Below are positions 60,931 to 64,000 of a DNA stretch of 64,000 nucleotides, in pieces. The DNA lies in assembly GCA_977020255.1 (NCBI GenBank), contig CDROCS010004219.1, forward strand, positions 1 to 64,000, given 5' to 3'. Both the position numbers and the translations under genes were made by a program. Under the pieces are notes generated by a model. The model was given only the letters and a program-made list of their open reading frames with translations. It had not been told where the DNA came from and made no database searches. Each line of letters begins with the position of its first letter. Position 1 is the first letter of the stretch. The stretch is from Obrimoposthia wandeli (Eukaryota).

Positions 60931-63900
60931 ATGCCTTTTATAAAATTTAAATTATTTTATACATACTTACACTCGTTATCCTATTTAGCGCTATCGTTTA
61001 AGCATCTTTGTGCTGGGCTAACGGCTAGTCATAAGTTTTTATTTAATGCATTAATCTTACTGACTTTTATTTCAACAACCATCCACGCCCAACAAACGTC
61101 TGATTTACAGCTCACAGCTAAAGAGCGTCAATGGATTCAACAACACAAACAAGTGACTCTCGCCTTTGATGGTTACTTTCCTCCCTATAGTTTTATAAAT
61201 GATCAGCAAAAGTTAGAAGGATTTTCTGTTGATTTATTTGCAATTTTAGCTAAAAAAACAGCGATAAACTTTAGCGTCCACTCCCAAAACAAGTGGGATA
61301 AACTGTATGAAACAGCCAAAGCACATGAAGTAGATATCGTCGCAACCATGGTGAAAAGTGAAGAGCGTTTACAGTGGTTTAACTTCACACAAGCTTACCT
61401 TTTTAAATCGCAAGTCATTATTTCTCGTGAAGATGATACCACCATAAAAAACAAGCCTGATATTAAGAATAAAACAGTGGCTCTGGTAAAAAATTACCAC
61501 TACACACAAAAAATTATCACAGACTACCCATCGCTTACCCCCGTATATTTCGATACGATACTGGATGCACTCAATGCAGTATCCGTTGGCAAAGCCGATG
61601 CAGCTATTACTTTTTTTGGTGCTGGGCATTATTTACGAAATAAGTATTTATTGAGCAATTTAAAATATGCCGCTATTTACGACAGAGATAATGCGAATGA
61701 GCGTATAGCTGTAAGAAACGATTTGCCGCTACTGTCTTCTATACTCAGCAAAGCCTTAGCCTCAATACCACAAGCGCAATTGCAGAAGCTTAGAGCCAAG
61801 TGGTTACCTGTTGATGATCTGCAAGAACTGGCTGAAATTGAATTAACACCAAAAGAGAAAAAATGGATAAAAGCGCATCCTGATATTCGTTTAGGAATAG
61901 ATCCTGAATACGCACCTTTTGAGTACATTGAGCAAAAACAATACAAAGGCATGGCTTCTGATTATGTAAAACTGCTCAATCAACGATTAAAGCTCAATAT
62001 GAAAGTAAGCCAAGATTTGAGCTGGAACGAGGTAATTAATCATGTGAAAAATAAAAAAATTGATGTATTACCTGTGGTGAGCATTACTCCACAGCGTAGT
62101 AAATTTTTATCTTTTACACAGCCCTACCTTAATTTTTACCGCGTTATTGTAACGCGAACTGACATGCCATTTATCAGCAGCCTCGATGATTTAGGTAAAA
62201 AAAATGTCGCGGCGCAAAAAAACACTTCTCACTATGAGTTCTTAATACAAAACTCGACCATACAGCCACAACTTTATGCCGATCTACAGCAATCATTACT
62301 GGCTGTATCTAGTGGCAAAGCAGATGCGTATATAGGCAATGTTGCCGCTGTTACTTATTGGATTAGAAAACTCAATTTAACCAATTTAAAAATTGCCGCT
62401 CCCGCATCCACTCAAATACAGAGCCTGCGTATTGCTATTCGTGATGATTGGCCTGAGCTCACTTCTATTTTACAAAAAGGGCTCGACAGCATTAGCTCTC
62501 GCCAAAGAAAGGTAATTTCTGAGAAATGGCTATCAATAAATTACGAACCAAGCATTAATTATCAAATTATTTGGCAAATTGCTGGTCTCGCATTTTTTTT
62601 AGTGTGTGCCATCATCATATGGAATGTAGCGCTTAAGCGAAAAGTTAAACTGCGCACCTCGCAACTCACCTACAGCTCTAATTACGATAAGCTAACTGAC
62701 TTACCCAATAGATTGCTTATTTTAGATCACTTGAAGCAAAAAATTGCTGAAGCACAGACTAATGATTACCAGATTGCTGTGGTATCTATCGATATTAACG
62801 ACTTTAAAATGATCAATAATTTACATGGTCATCAAACTGGCGATTACATTTTAAATGTCTTTGCACGCCGCCTAAAAGAGTCTTTGCGTGATCACCAACA
62901 AATTGGCCGTGTCAGTGGTAATCAGTTTTTAATGATTCAGACCCATATTAGAGACTCTATTCAATCTGCGAGTGTAGCTGAGCAAATTATAAACTGCTCC
63001 GTAAAACCTTTTACACCCGACAAAAACCAAATATTACTTAATGTGAGCTTGGGAATATCTTTGTATCCCGATAATGGCAGTGCAGCCGAGCTGTTATTAA
63101 AGCACGCTGATGCGGCCACCCTACACGCAAAAAAACTGCTCGATGGCGGCTATATTTATTATACAGAGCGCTTGAATAAAGACATGTCTCGTAAATTGAT
63201 GATTGAAAAACAGCTGCTAACAGCGATAGAAAGTAATGAACTAGCAGTGCATTTCCAACCTAAACTAGATCCCAACACAGAAAAAGCAGTCAGTTTTGAA
63301 GCACTTATTCGCTGGAATAATAAAGAGCTAGGTGCCGTTTCACCTGCCGAATTCATACCGATTGCCGAGCAGCATGAAATAATCAACCAAATTGGTTTGT
63401 TTGTAATAAACCAATCACTGTTAGCATTACAACAGTGGCAACTAAAATATGGGGTTGATTTTTCTATCGCGGTAAACCTCTCCCCGGTGCAATTTCATGA
63501 TGATGATTTATTACCAAATATAGAGTTACTATTAAATAAATATCAACTCAAGCACAGTACTATTGAGTTTGAGATTACAGAAGGCGTATTGCTTTCTAAA
63601 TTTTCAGGTATAGAGGATAAATTAAGAAAACTGGAAGATTTGGGAGTATCTCTCGCAATGGATGATTTTGGTACGGGTTATTCTTCTTTGAGCTATTTAC
63701 GTAAATATAGGTTTGATACTTTAAAGATAGATCAGGAGTTTATTTCAGAACTCCCTCACTCTAAAGCGGATAAAAAGTTGGTTTCAGCCATTATTGTCAT
63801 GGCACACGAGCTAGATATGAAAGTGGTCGCTGAGGGGGTAGAAACTAAGGAACAACACGCTTTTCTTATTGAGCATAAATGTGATTTTGTGCAAGGCTGG

Positions 63901-63981
63901 CTGTTTAGTAAAGCGATGAATGCAACAGATGTAAATGATTATTTAGATCAGCAGTTCCTTGAATCAAAACCTGCTCTATAG
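60931..63981 (+). CDS. Tandem SBP sensor, TM, degenerate GGDEF, EAL phosphodiesterase
   Basis: Two BvgS-like periplasmic SBP domains; SGNQF in place of GGDEF; EAL, EFEITE, DDFGTGYSS, AEGVE intact. Confidence 0.93.
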   Translation: MPFIKFKLFYTYLHSLSYLALSFKHLCAGLTASHKFLFNALILLTFISTTIHAQQTSDLQLTAKERQWIQQHKQVTLAFDGYFPPYSFINDQQKLEGFSVDLFAILAKKTAINFSVHSQNKWDKLYETAKAHEVDIVATMVKSEERLQWFNFTQAYLFKSQVIISREDDTTIKNKPDIKNKTVALVKNYHYTQKIITDYPSLTPVYFDTILDALNAVSVGKADAAITFFGAGHYLRNKYLLSNLKYAAIYDRDNANERIAVRNDLPLLSSILSKALASIPQAQLQKLRAKWLPVDDLQELAEIELTPKEKKWIKAHPDIRLGIDPEYAPFEYIEQKQYKGMASDYVKLLNQRLKLNMKVSQDLSWNEVINHVKNKKIDVLPVVSITPQRSKFLSFTQPYLNFYRVIVTRTDMPFISSLDDLGKKNVAAQKNTSHYEFLIQNSTIQPQLYADLQQSLLAVSSGKADAYIGNVAAVTYWIRKLNLTNLKIAAPASTQIQSLRIAIRDDWPELTSILQKGLDSISSRQRKVISEKWLSINYEPSINYQIIWQIAGLAFFLVCAIIIWNVALKRKVKLRTSQLTYSSNYDKLTDLPNRLLILDHLKQKIAEAQTNDYQIAVVSIDINDFKMINNLHGHQTGDYILNVFARRLKESLRDHQQIGRVSGNQFLMIQTHIRDSIQSASVAEQIINCSVKPFTPDKNQILLNVSLGISLYPDNGSAAELLLKHADAATLHAKKLLDGGYIYYTERLNKDMSRKLMIEKQLLTAIESNELAVHFQPKLDPNTEKAVSFEALIRWNNKELGAVSPAEFIPIAEQHEIINQIGLFVINQSLLALQQWQLKYGVDFSIAVNLSPVQFHDDDLLPNIELLLNKYQLKHSTIEFEITEGVLLSKFSGIEDKLRKLEDLGVSLAMDDFGTGYSSLSYLRKYRFDTLKIDQEFISELPHSKADKKLVSAIIVMAHELDMKVVAEGVETKEQHAFLIEHKCDFVQGWLFSKAMNATDVNDYLDQQFLESKPAL

Positions 63982-64000
63982 AAACCACAGCATATTAGGC

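Noticed and set aside
1383-63386. Many short ORF-track entries antisense to or overlapping long genes (e.g. 1383-1580, 23662-24144, 42611-42964, 49682-49999, 54024-54233)
   Set aside because: Shadow ORFs of motif-rich genes or of repeats; no RBS or family features.

Overview
AT-rich bacterial DNA that looks like a marine gammaproteobacterium (Alteromonadales-like; inferred from gene content only). About 50 intact CDSs. I found no rRNA, tRNA, CRISPR array, transposase or integrase. The window is an accessory signalling and regulation region with six c-di-GMP enzymes, two two-component systems, an MCP, orphan substrate-binding proteins, and many regulator-target pairs (AraC, TetR, LacI, ArsR). 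It also holds a dimethylglycine/sarcosine-dehydrogenase-like gene, a DUF2271 / PepSY-diflavin reductase / ankyrin operon, and a ColRS-like locus with GtrA/GT2/ArnT-type envelope genes. Non-coding structure read directly from the sequence: (i) a 16-bp box, an exact 11-bp spacer and a -10 hexamer in front of three transcription units, a candidate local ColR-type regulon; (ii) three copies of a 166-168 bp TA-flanked MITE, one of which supplies a stop codon; (iii) a second MITE-like element and a 25-bp dispersed repeat; (iv) LacI, TetR and AraC operator candidates; (v) several decayed gene fragments missed by the ORF track. Product names come from recognisable motifs, not database searches.
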